Positions 23,672 to 32,000 of a DNA stretch of 32,000 bases are shown here, piece by piece. The DNA comes from Fibrobacter succinogenes subsp. succinogenes S85 (GTDB taxonomy: Bacteria; Fibrobacterota; Fibrobacteria; Fibrobacterales; Fibrobacteraceae). The position numbers and the translations under genes were made by a program. The stretch is taken from assembly GCF_000146505.1 (NCBI RefSeq), contig NC_017448.1, positions 3,780,001 to 3,812,000 on the forward strand. Direction: 5' to 3'. Each line of letters opens with the position of its first letter. The first letter of the stretch is position 1. The notes below the pieces were generated by a model. That model was not told where the DNA came from. It was given only the letters and a program-made list of their open reading frames with translations, and searched no databases.

Positions 23672-24922
23672 ATGTCAATGCATAACAAATTATCAAAGAT
23701 TCTATTCTTATTTGCCTTGGCGGCGGGTGTTGCCTTTGCAGATCCTATTCCGACCGAGGCTTTAACTCAGAGTGGCCTTGTGATGCGTGACCGTCAACTC
23801 CGTGATATCGGTCTTGTGATGCGTGGTGGGCGAGGTGGTTTTATCGATATTGGCTACACTTACACGCCTTCGTCTGAACAGTTGCAACTCAAGAGCGAGT
23901 ACGGTGTTCATGACGGTTTTGCGTTTAGGCACCATTACGGCATTTTCGGGAGCTGGGTGCTGGATTCCATTTCTCATTTGGGATTCCTCACTTGGTTTGA
24001 CCGCGCGGGTTGGGATTCTCAGGACTTTTTCTTCTTCCCGCATTATGGCGATTTCGCGCATATTTCATCTTCGTTTACGTGGGGCTTTTCGTACACGAAT
24101 ACAAAATATGATGTTACGGCTGCGCTCGGCTTGCAACACCAGAATCTTGAACTTGCGAGCCATAAAGTTTATCCGAACGAATCGGATTCCTTGCTGTTCT
24201 ACTGGGCTCATGCTCGTTACAAGAACGTGAGCTTGCAGGCGAGCTTCTATCGCAATACGTTCCAGACGATCCGCCTCTCGCTTGATTTGGAATCACGCTC
24301 GCTTTACGGCGGTGTTTCAAGCGGTTACAAGACGTTCTTGCCAAATTTGAACGCTACGATTTACAGGCGTAAAAAAGATGGCGGAGATGATAACTTTGTC
24401 CGTTTGAATTGGGAACAAAATCTTTATGAACAAGTTTTGTATGCTGATGTGACGTTTGATTTCCCGGATGACGGATTTCGTTCTGCGGCGTTGAAATTTT
24501 ATCCGGTCCCGTCTCGTTTGTTTGCTTTTGAGGCATCCTGTTTGCGCCGTCATGAACGCGCTGGCGCTAAGGACTTGCTCTGGGGTGGTGCAATTGATCT
24601 CTTCTTTATCCGTTTGGGCTACAATACCGTGTTTGACTACGAGAATATGTTCCATGCCAGTGGAACGTTTATCGCAGAAGTCAAGGTGAATCTGGGCTCG
24701 ATTGGCGGCAGGTTCTTTGGTCGCGGTGCGGCTCAGGCGGCTCCGATGGAAACGACAGACCGCAGGATTGATTTGAAAAAATCCTTGAAGGCTTTGTCTG
24801 AACAGCATAATTTGGGCAGCACGAAGGTTGATGCTCAAGGCAATAAGGTGATTGAAGCGAAGGGAATCCGCTACGAAAAAACAGGATCTTCGGGAACAAC
24901 TTCTAACGAAGGAGGCTACTAA
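23672..24922 (+). CDS. Secreted protein, possible outer-membrane beta-barrel (hypothetical)
   Basis: Signal peptide ...LAAGVAFA/DP, with aromatic-rich alternating segments throughout. No SGNH or GDS motif was seen. Confidence 0.65.
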   Translation: MSMHNKLSKILFLFALAAGVAFADPIPTEALTQSGLVMRDRQLRDIGLVMRGGRGGFIDIGYTYTPSSEQLQLKSEYGVHDGFAFRHHYGIFGSWVLDSISHLGFLTWFDRAGWDSQDFFFFPHYGDFAHISSSFTWGFSYTNTKYDVTAALGLQHQNLELASHKVYPNESDSLLFYWAHARYKNVSLQASFYRNTFQTIRLSLDLESRSLYGGVSSGYKTFLPNLNATIYRRKKDGGDDNFVRLNWEQNLYEQVLYADVTFDFPDDGFRSAALKFYPVPSRLFAFEASCLRRHERAGAKDLLWGGAIDLFFIRLGYNTVFDYENMFHASGTFIAEVKVNLGSIGGRFFGRGAAQAAPMETTDRRIDLKKSLKALSEQHNLGSTKVDAQGNKVIEAKGIRYEKTGSSGTTSNEGGY

Positions 24923-25425
24923 TGAAATACTTGCGTATATTCCTTTGTCTGGTTGCACTTTCTCTCTCCGCTTGCATGAGCCATTTGTTTACGGATACGT
25001 CGACCAGGCTCCAGGTCGAAAACAAGACGGATGTCACGATTTTGGGGGTTGATATTATTTCTGAAGACGGAACGTCTGTGCAGCCGTGGATTCGCGATGC
25101 GATTGAACCGGGCGAAAAGAGCAAGGTTGTCGAAGAAGACTGGGTCGGAACGTTTAAGGTCCGCGTTCGCTTTGACAAGTGGAATGGTGAAACGTTAGTA
25201 AGCATAGCGAAGTTTTGTGCTACTTATAGCACGCCTATTAGAGTGTACAATACTTTAGCCAAACAAGGCGAACCGAATGTAATTGAAAAAAATATAAGCG
25301 GCTGCGGTTCGGAAGAAAACGTTCATATGATCTATACTGAAACGGACCTGGACTTTGATGGCGGCAGCCAGCACCTCATTGTCTCGCAAGACGAAGACGG
25401 GAATGTTGCTTTTAAGTTGAAGTAG
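24922..25425 (+). CDS. Putative lipoprotein (hypothetical)
   Basis: MKYLRIFLCLVALSLSAC lipobox. It has a TAATG overlap with the upstream gene. Confidence 0.7.
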   Translation: MKYLRIFLCLVALSLSACMSHLFTDTSTRLQVENKTDVTILGVDIISEDGTSVQPWIRDAIEPGEKSKVVEEDWVGTFKVRVRFDKWNGETLVSIAKFCATYSTPIRVYNTLAKQGEPNVIEKNISGCGSEENVHMIYTETDLDFDGGSQHLIVSQDEDGNVAFKLK

Positions 25426-25543
<118 letters not shown>

Positions 25544-25575
25544 CCTGTCTACTTGTACTTTCACTATGTTCAAGT

Positions 25576-25640
25576 ACCAAATGCTCGACTCGGTCATGCC
25601 AAAGCAAGCTTTGTCGCGACGCTCATCTTACGCATTTGTC
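25576..25640 (+). repeat. Second copy of the intergenic element seen at 13084-13150
   Basis: ccaaatgctcgactcggtcatgccaaagcaagctttgtcgcgacgctcatcttacgcatttgtcc. Confidence 0.75.
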
Positions 25641-25669
25641 CTACCGCCTATTCCCAACATCTTACTTTT

Positions 25670-25702
25670 TTCTTTCGTCTCTCGTCTCTCGTCTTTCGTC
25701 TA
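25670..25702 (+). repeat. TCTCGTC-type heptad repeat
   Basis: ttctttcgtctctcgtctctcgtctttcgtcta, 30 nt upstream of the smc start. Confidence 0.85.
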
Positions 25703-25731
25703 AGACTTAATAATTACTACATTTTGCTACA

Positions 25732-28700
25732 GTGCAGATAACTAAGTTAAAGATTTTTGGTTTTAAGTCCTTCGCGCAGAGAACGGAAATTAACTTCCCG
25801 ACGAAGGGTCTTACGGCTGTCGTTGGGCCGAACGGCTGTGGCAAGTCCAATATTACAGACGCCATCCGCTGGGTGCTTGGCGAACAGAAAGCCGCCGCTT
25901 TGCGTATGGGGAAAATGCAAGACGTTATCTTTAGCGGTACTGAAGAACGCGCCGCCATGAGTCTTGCCGAAGTTTCTATCGTCATCGATAATAGCGATGG
26001 CACGCTTGCTTCTGATTATTCCGAAGTCATTGTGACGCGCCGCGTACACCGCGATGGTTCGGGCGAATACCTCATCAATAACCAGGAATGCCGTTTGCGT
26101 GATGTTCACGCCTTGCTCTTTGACTCGGGCCTTGGTTCCAGCACATATTCGCAGATGAACGCCGACATGATCAAGGCGGTTCTTTCGGACAAGGCGGACG
26201 ACCGCCGAGTACTTTTCGAAGAAGCTGCAGGCGTGAGCAAGTACAAGCAGCAGCGCAAGGAAACGCGCCGCCAGCTCGAACGCGTGCAGATGGACATGGA
26301 ACGTGTCGAAGACAACTTGCGCAGTGTGCGCCGTTCTGTCCGTCTCTATGAAACTCAGGCCGAAAAGGTCAATGCATACAAGAAATTAAATACGCGCCTC
26401 CGCGAACTTGATTTGTCTGTCAGTTTGGACAAGTTTGAGGACTACAAGGAAGGTCTCGCCACGCTTGATTCTACGACCAAGCGCATGAACCACGAAGTGG
26501 AATCTTCCAAGACGCAGGCGACAGAATTGCAGGCTAAGATTGAAGAAAAGAAGCTTGCGATTAGCGAAGACGAAAATACTTACCGCGATTTGGAACGCAA
26601 TGTCCAGGCGGCAACGATTGCCTTAAACGACCTGAACAACAATATCATGCGTTTGCGCGATTCCATGGCGGCCCTTGAATCTTCGAACGAAAAGGCTCAG
26701 GGCGAAATTGAACGCAGCGAACAGAAGTCGCAGGAACTCTCCGAAGAAAAAGCTCGCCTCGAAGAAGAAATTGCCGTTCTCGGTAGCGAAAACGACATGG
26801 ACGAGCTGAATGCGCTTTTGGAACGTGAACGCGAAACGCTGCAGGTCATGCGCGACAAGGTTGATGACTTGCGTACGCAGTCCCGTGAACTTTCGAATGC
26901 TCGTTTGCAGGCCACAAACCGCGTGAACTCCCTCCGCGGACGCTTCGAACGCATGGACGCCGAAGTCAACATGCTCCAGTCGAACATCGCGAAGTGGCAG
27001 ACCGAAATCGAAGGTCTCGACAAGCAAAAGTCCGATGCCGAAGCGAACATCGCCGAAATCCAGGCGGGTATCGAAGACACGAATCGCGAAATCGAAAATC
27101 TCGAAGAACAGCGTGCCACGCGTGAAGAACGCTTGGAATCCGAACGTGCCGAACTCACCGAAGCGCAACAGAAATTGCAGGGCTTGAAGAATGAAGAAGC
27201 CCGTTTGCAGTCTAGAATTGACGTGCTTCAAAGCGTGATGAACGAGGGCTCGGATGCCAACCGTTACCTCAAGGAAAACAAGGCGAACCTCATTGGCGGT
27301 CTTGTTTCTGAACGCATCGAGGCAACGCCGGAATACGCATCGAGCGTCGAAGCTGCTCTCGGTGAAATTCTTGATTCTGTAGTCGTGAATGGCGACAGTG
27401 CCGTGAACGAAATTGTGGATGCGCTCAAGAGTGAAAACGTGGGCAAGGTGCTCATGTCGCTTGTTTCGAGTGCAGCCCCTGCTTACGACAAGCCGGTGAA
27501 CAATCCGTGCGTTGTCGGTTCGCTCAAAGATTTTGTCAAGACGGACGACGAAGTTTCTCCGTGGCTTTCGGGAATTCTCTCTCGCTATTTTGTTGTAGAT
27601 TCCTTGCAGACTGCGCTGAATCTGGCGAAGGAATACCGTGGTGAAAATTTGAATTTTGTCACCGCTGATACGATTGTGCGTACAAGCGGCCTTGTGTCGT
27701 TTGGCGTTTCGACGTCGGGGGCTCTCTCCCGCAAGAACGAAATTGCTGATGCCGAAGCGCTTTTGGAAAAAGTGCAAGGTGATATTTCTGCCGGCGAAGA
27801 AAATGTGGACCGCTTGCGTGAATTGACCGAAGAAGATACTCAGATGCTCTCGTCCTTGGTCGATGAAATCCGTGAAAAGCGCGATTCTCTGCGTGGTGGC
27901 GATGCTTCTATCCGCATCCACAGGAATACGGTTGAAAACTGCACCCGTCGCTTGACCCAGTTGAATGGCGATGTGACGAACGCGCAGAACAGAATTGAAG
28001 CGGCTGCGCAGTCCAAGAACAGCGATGCGGAACTTGCCGAAGCCGAAGCTGAAGTCGAAAAGGTTGAAGAACGTTACCAGACGATTTCGGACCAGCTCGG
28101 TGAAAACGAGACGATGCTTCGCGAAAAAGAAGAAGATGTCCGTGAACTCGAACGCAGTGCGCAAGACAAGACTTCTCGCTTAAAGCAGAACCAGAACCGC
28201 GTGGTCGCTATTGCCGACCAGATGGAATTTTTGGACAACACGATTCGCAACCGCCGTGAAGAAATCGAAAAGAATACGGTTTCGATTGAAAAGTTTGAGA
28301 CGGATTGCAACAAGCTCGCTGACGAAGCGCAAGTGAAGGATAATGCGCTCCGCGAACTTGAACGCAATCGCGACCTCGCTCGTGAACGCTATGACCTCGT
28401 GAGCGGTGATTTGGAAGGCTGGCGTGACGAAGTGAACCGCCTCCGCGATGACATGATTGAAAAGATGAAGGAACTGAATGACGTCGGCCGTCGTCAGGAA
28501 TCCCTTCAGAACAATCTCGACCGCCTCCGCGAACGCATCACGAATGAATGGTCTGTCGATCTTGACAATCCCGAAAATGTCGAACGTGTGGAATACACGC
28601 AGCCAGAAGCCGACCGCGAAATCCGTGAACTCCGCGGCAAAATCAAGGAACTGGGCCCGATTAACATCAACGTGATGGAAGATTACGAAGACGAAAAGAA

Positions 28701-29286
28701 GCGCCTCGAAGAAGTCGAAAAACAGTTCGACGACCTCGATCGCGCCCGTGCATCGCTCGACCGCACCATTACAAAGCTTGACGACATTGCCCGCCAGCGC
28801 TACCTGGATACGTTTGCACGCATCCAGAAGAACTTCCAGTTCGTGTTCAGCAAGCTGTTCCTCAATGGCGAAACGAAGATGAACCTCGTGGAACGCGTGG
28901 ACGAAATGGGCAAGCCGATGGACATTCTCGACGCCGACATCGAAATCAACGTCCGCCCGACCGGTAAGAAGATGCGCGGCATCAAGGCTCTTTCCGGTGG
29001 TGAACACGCGCTTACGGCAACGGCGCTTTTGTTCGCTATTTACATGGAAAAGCCGTCTCCGTACTGCGTGCTGGACGAAGTCGACGGTCCGCTTGATGAT
29101 GCTAACGTCGGTCGCTTTATGGCGCTCCTTCGTGAATTCAGTAAGCAGACCTTGTTCATCGTCGTGACGCATAACAAGCGTACCATGGCCGAAGCCGATA
29201 TGCTCTACGGTGTGACGCAGGAAATCAAGGGTATTTCCCGCATCGCTAGCGTGCAGCTCGCCGACGCAACTAAGTTTGCTATATAG
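25732..29286 (+). CDS. smc: Chromosome segregation protein SMC
   Basis: It has a GTG start. The N-terminal Walker A is FKSF...VVGPNGCGKSNITDAIRWVLGEQ. Long coiled coils are present. The C-terminus has LSGGE and Walker B CVLDEVDGPLD. Confidence 0.95.
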   Translation: MQITKLKIFGFKSFAQRTEINFPTKGLTAVVGPNGCGKSNITDAIRWVLGEQKAAALRMGKMQDVIFSGTEERAAMSLAEVSIVIDNSDGTLASDYSEVIVTRRVHRDGSGEYLINNQECRLRDVHALLFDSGLGSSTYSQMNADMIKAVLSDKADDRRVLFEEAAGVSKYKQQRKETRRQLERVQMDMERVEDNLRSVRRSVRLYETQAEKVNAYKKLNTRLRELDLSVSLDKFEDYKEGLATLDSTTKRMNHEVESSKTQATELQAKIEEKKLAISEDENTYRDLERNVQAATIALNDLNNNIMRLRDSMAALESSNEKAQGEIERSEQKSQELSEEKARLEEEIAVLGSENDMDELNALLERERETLQVMRDKVDDLRTQSRELSNARLQATNRVNSLRGRFERMDAEVNMLQSNIAKWQTEIEGLDKQKSDAEANIAEIQAGIEDTNREIENLEEQRATREERLESERAELTEAQQKLQGLKNEEARLQSRIDVLQSVMNEGSDANRYLKENKANLIGGLVSERIEATPEYASSVEAALGEILDSVVVNGDSAVNEIVDALKSENVGKVLMSLVSSAAPAYDKPVNNPCVVGSLKDFVKTDDEVSPWLSGILSRYFVVDSLQTALNLAKEYRGENLNFVTADTIVRTSGLVSFGVSTSGALSRKNEIADAEALLEKVQGDISAGEENVDRLRELTEEDTQMLSSLVDEIREKRDSLRGGDASIRIHRNTVENCTRRLTQLNGDVTNAQNRIEAAAQSKNSDAELAEAEAEVEKVEERYQTISDQLGENETMLREKEEDVRELERSAQDKTSRLKQNQNRVVAIADQMEFLDNTIRNRREEIEKNTVSIEKFETDCNKLADEAQVKDNALRELERNRDLARERYDLVSGDLEGWRDEVNRLRDDMIEKMKELNDVGRRQESLQNNLDRLRERITNEWSVDLDNPENVERVEYTQPEADREIRELRGKIKELGPININVMEDYEDEKKRLEEVEKQFDDLDRARASLDRTITKLDDIARQRYLDTFARIQKNFQFVFSKLFLNGETKMNLVERVDEMGKPMDILDADIEINVRPTGKKMRGIKALSGGEHALTATALLFAIYMEKPSPYCVLDEVDGPLDDANVGRFMALLREFSKQTLFIVVTHNKRTMAEADMLYGVTQEIKGISRIASVQLADATKFAI

Positions 29287-29385
29287 ACCGCTCGGCTCTA
29301 TCGCTGATGGAAAAAATCCCTCTTCGCCTCGCTCTCGCCACCACGGCACGTTTGCTCAGTGCCGCTTGTGGCTCACGATGGCAGT

Positions 29386-29439
29386 GTCATCCTGAGCGAA
29401 GATGCGTAGCATCGTAGTCGAAGGATCCAGTAAAGTTTT
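29386..29439 (+). repeat. 'gtcatcctgagcgaag...gaaggatccagtaaagtttt' REP-like element
   Basis: Nested hairpins atcc/ggat and gatgc-gta-gcatc. It is related to 11186-11224. Confidence 0.8.
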
Positions 29440-30333
29440 ATGATTCTCTCGTCTTTCGTCTCTCGTCTATCATCTCTAAAAGGTTTCGCTCTCGCGGCTG
29501 CGTCCGCCATTTGCTACGGCACCAATCCGCTGGGCGCGTTGCATTTGTACACCCAGAATTACTCGCCGGAGACGGTCCTCTTTTACCGTTTTTTCACGGC
29601 GGCGATTCTCCTTTTTGTGGTAATTCTCGCGAAAGGTTCGCATTTTAAAATCTCGTTCCGCGAGTTCCGTGCGCTTGTCGCGTTCGGATTCCTCTTTGCG
29701 GTAAGTTCGCTTACGTACTACGCATCCTTCAAGTACATGGACGCAGGGCTTGCATCCACGCTATTGTTCCTTTATCCGCTCGAAGTCTCGGTGCTCATGG
29801 CCATTTTCTTCAAGGAACGTATAAAGGCTTGGACAATCGCTTCTATCGCGGTCTCGATGGCGGGCGTGGCGCTCTTGTATCGCGGCGGCGATGGCTCGAC
29901 GCTAAGCACGGTGGGGTGCCTGCTGGTGTTTTTGTCGTCCATAAGCTATGCCATTTACATGGTGATGGCAAACCGCATCAACCTCCAGATGGGTTCTGTG
30001 AAGATGACTTTTTACGCCATCTGCTTTTGCTTGTGTTTTTTGTTGCTTTATTCCGTGACGCTTGGCTCTGGCCTCCCGCCGCTCTTTACGCAGGCAAGTT
30101 CGTGGGGTTGGGGCTTTATGCTGGGCCTTGTGCCGACGGTGCTCTCACTCATCTTCATGGTCAAGGCTGTGAAAATTATCGGCTCCACGCCCACGGCAAT
30201 TCTCGGTGCTTTGGAACCCGTGACTGCCGTGACCATTGGCGTAATGGTCTTTGGAGAAACGCTAACGACTCGCATTATTGCGGGTATCGCCTTGATTCTC
30301 GGTTCTACCATGCTGGTGGCTGTGAAAAAGTAG
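29440..30333 (+). CDS. EamA/DMT family transporter
   Basis: A 10-TM-like hydrophobic profile with duplicated EamA-type halves. The start codon and first 12 or so codons lie in TCTCGTC heptad repeat DNA. Confidence 0.8.
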   Translation: MILSSFVSRLSSLKGFALAAASAICYGTNPLGALHLYTQNYSPETVLFYRFFTAAILLFVVILAKGSHFKISFREFRALVAFGFLFAVSSLTYYASFKYMDAGLASTLLFLYPLEVSVLMAIFFKERIKAWTIASIAVSMAGVALLYRGGDGSTLSTVGCLLVFLSSISYAIYMVMANRINLQMGSVKMTFYAICFCLCFLLLYSVTLGSGLPPLFTQASSWGWGFMLGLVPTVLSLIFMVKAVKIIGSTPTAILGALEPVTAVTIGVMVFGETLTTRIIAGIALILGSTMLVAVKK

Positions 30334-30340
30334 AATAGTC

Positions 30341-30400
30341 GCACCGTAGGTGCCAAACTAAAATCTACTGACTAATGACTATTGACTAGTGACCTATTAC
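30341..30400 (+). repeat. Hairpin plus CAAACTAAAATCTACTGACTAA module, copy 1 (TGACTAN heptads)
   Basis: gcacc gta ggtgc caaactaaaatctactgactaatgactattgactagtgacctattac. Confidence 0.85.
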
Positions 30401-30519
30401 AAACAACTAAGTTCTATATAATACATTCTGACTTTTTTTGGTGTAGTTTTCCACGTCTACTCCCGTTTTCCTGCATTTTTGCTCTCGTTTTTCTGTAATC
30501 ATTTTATAGTTTTATTTAC

Positions 30520-31578
30520 ATGAAAAATTTAGTCCAAACTCTTTTGCTTTCTTCGGTGGCGGCGTTGTTCGCATCGTGCAATAGCTCAACATCTGGTCCG
30601 GAATCATTTCGGGAACCGATAAGTTACACTCCGGATGGCAAATGTACGATTGATATGTTAAAGTACAAAACTCAGGAACAGTTGGACTCGTTGCGTACTT
30701 TTTGTGATACCATTTTTGTTCATAGTGTCTTGAATGTTTATAAGGACACTGTTTACGACGATACTTTGATTACAGGCAATGAAAAGTACACCAGCTTTAT
30801 TTATTTTGATCGTTATACGGAAAAATACGATACACTTACTAAGCAAAGTGCTGCAAAAAGTGGGACTTCAGGCCCATGCGGTAGAGTTCCTGTTTATTGC
30901 AATCTTGATTCCTCTGATACGCAAAAGACGTTTAGTTGCGAAATTTCCAGTGTGTGTTATATGTATAATCAGACAGATAATCTTGCAACGAGTTCTGCCG
31001 AGGTTGCTGTCGTTCGTTTAGATCCTGTATTAATAACGAATGAGCCACTGTGTTCTCAACCGGGGTATCGCTGTGTGCGTGATACTGTTTTCCATGATGT
31101 TCTTCATAAAACATATCGAACAATTGCTCGTGACACAACATTCTTGAATTATGGTCCAAGAGCTTGGACGGATTATGTTCCTGCCATCAATGCGCCCGCA
31201 TTTGATACGGTTACGTTCCGCAATGCGCTGGATACGCTTGACACGCAAAAGCCAATCTTTGGAATAGATACTTTGTTCTCAGGATATACCATTACGGTGG
31301 ATGGGTTGCCGGACTGGGCATCGAATAATACTAAATGTACGACGGTAGATTCTTCACGTATCTGTATTTATCAAGATATTCTTCGTCCAATATCAATGCT
31401 TACGACTTATCCAACGCTTTACAATAAAAAGCCATTCTATCTTTGGAATAATCTTGAATCGCCTTTGGAAAAAGACACTTTGATTACATGGAAATTGAGA
31501 TATAGATATTCCGGTGGTCATAATTTTGAAGGAAATCGCGACTCGTTAGAAATAACTACGCTCTTTAAGGGAATTTAG
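30520..31578 (+). CDS. Putative lipoprotein (hypothetical)
   Basis: MKNLVQTLLLSSVAALFASC lipobox. The length is 352 aa and no family is recognised. Confidence 0.7.
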   Translation: MKNLVQTLLLSSVAALFASCNSSTSGPESFREPISYTPDGKCTIDMLKYKTQEQLDSLRTFCDTIFVHSVLNVYKDTVYDDTLITGNEKYTSFIYFDRYTEKYDTLTKQSAAKSGTSGPCGRVPVYCNLDSSDTQKTFSCEISSVCYMYNQTDNLATSSAEVAVVRLDPVLITNEPLCSQPGYRCVRDTVFHDVLHKTYRTIARDTTFLNYGPRAWTDYVPAINAPAFDTVTFRNALDTLDTQKPIFGIDTLFSGYTITVDGLPDWASNNTKCTTVDSSRICIYQDILRPISMLTTYPTLYNKKPFYLWNNLESPLEKDTLITWKLRYRYSGGHNFEGNRDSLEITTLFKGI

Positions 31579-31580
31579 AC

Positions 31581-31672
31581 TTTGGTCGTTGGTTAATAGT
31601 CAATGGTTTTATAACCGCGCCATTGGCGCCAAACTAAAATCTACTGACTAAAGACTAATGACTAATAACTAA
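31581..31672 (+). repeat. Hairpin plus CAAACTAAAATCTACTGACTAA module, copy 2, with an inverted heptad arm
   Basis: tttggtcgttggttaatagtcaatgg ... gcgcc att ggcgc caaactaaaatctactgactaaagactaatgactaataactaa. Confidence 0.85.
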
Positions 31673-31689
31673 ATTGTTATATTAGCAGC

Positions 31690-31956
31690 ATGCTAAGTAC
31701 ATGTTCAATTTGCAAAAAGGAATTTAATGACAAGGTGGGGATGTCCCCGATGGAAAGTAACCTTGCCATCCGTTATCGCAATAAAATCGGCAATATTTGC
31801 CCCGATTGTCAGGCCGAAATCCGCAAGACCAAGCAGGGGCGGTGGCGCCTTTTCTTCTGGAATGTGAAGGTGGCTCTCTATTGCTTGCGATTCCTTGCGC
31901 TTTTTGCGCTCCCGTTTATTGCACTCGTTGTTGTTCTCGCTTTGTATGTATTGTAA
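31690..31956 (+). CDS. Small zinc-ribbon protein with a C-terminal TM anchor (hypothetical)
   Basis: CSIC...CPDC forms two CxxC pairs. The hydrophobic tail is LYCLRFLALFALPFIALVVVLALYVL. Confidence 0.5.
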   Translation: MLSTCSICKKEFNDKVGMSPMESNLAIRYRNKIGNICPDCQAEIRKTKQGRWRLFFWNVKVALYCLRFLALFALPFIALVVVLALYVL

Positions 31957-32000
31957 CTTGAACTTACTTATAGCTATTATTACCACTCAATAGTTGTTTA

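Noticed and set aside
26623-29349. 513-aa and 389-aa minus-strand ORFs inside smc
   Set aside because: They are antisense shadows of the coiled-coil-encoding smc gene.
29829-30338. 169-aa alternative-frame ORF inside the EamA transporter gene
   Set aside because: It overlaps a coherent multi-TM transporter ORF on the same strand, and its translation is Gly/Arg/Cys-rich with no motifs.

Overview
The window looks like a chromosomal segment from a Fibrobacter-type genome. That placement is my inference from gene content and the unusual heptad-periodic intergenic repeats, and I cannot verify it here. Most of the window is housekeeping. It holds the end of a CapF/CapG-type L-FucNAc polysaccharide locus (1-1580), a GH116-like glycosidase (7941-11084, minus strand), purN-rnhB, a family-6-like DNA glycosylase, prfC, tmRNA (15651-16008), ilvBN (minus strand), an MBOAT O-acyltransferase cluster (21667-25425), smc, an EamA transporter and lipoproteins.

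Two regions stand out.

1. About 1.64-7.88 kb is a visibly AT-rich accessory island with no mobility genes. It carries two tandem Panacea/DUF4065 (SocA/PanA-like) antitoxin genes, each coupled to a small uncharacterised toxin candidate. The two candidates look like distant paralogs with a MazF/PemK-like sequence pattern. The island also carries a decayed palm/cyclase-like gene, an orphan E2/UBC-like ORF, and a single-gene Mrr-like nuclease fused to a STAND NTPase.

2. 16537-18845 (minus strand) is an operon of two paralogous Ser-rich lipoproteins with a conserved Cys/acidic C-terminal tail. The second lipoprotein gene overlaps a radical SAM/SPASM maturase gene by ATGA. I rank this as the best candidate for an uncharacterised post-translational modification system.

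Nearly every housekeeping intergenic region is filled with stop-codon-rich repeats of 7-nt period in several families. Some of them contain short hairpins whose stem sequence differs between copies while staying complementary. All coordinates and motifs were read by eye. No database search or GC computation was possible.
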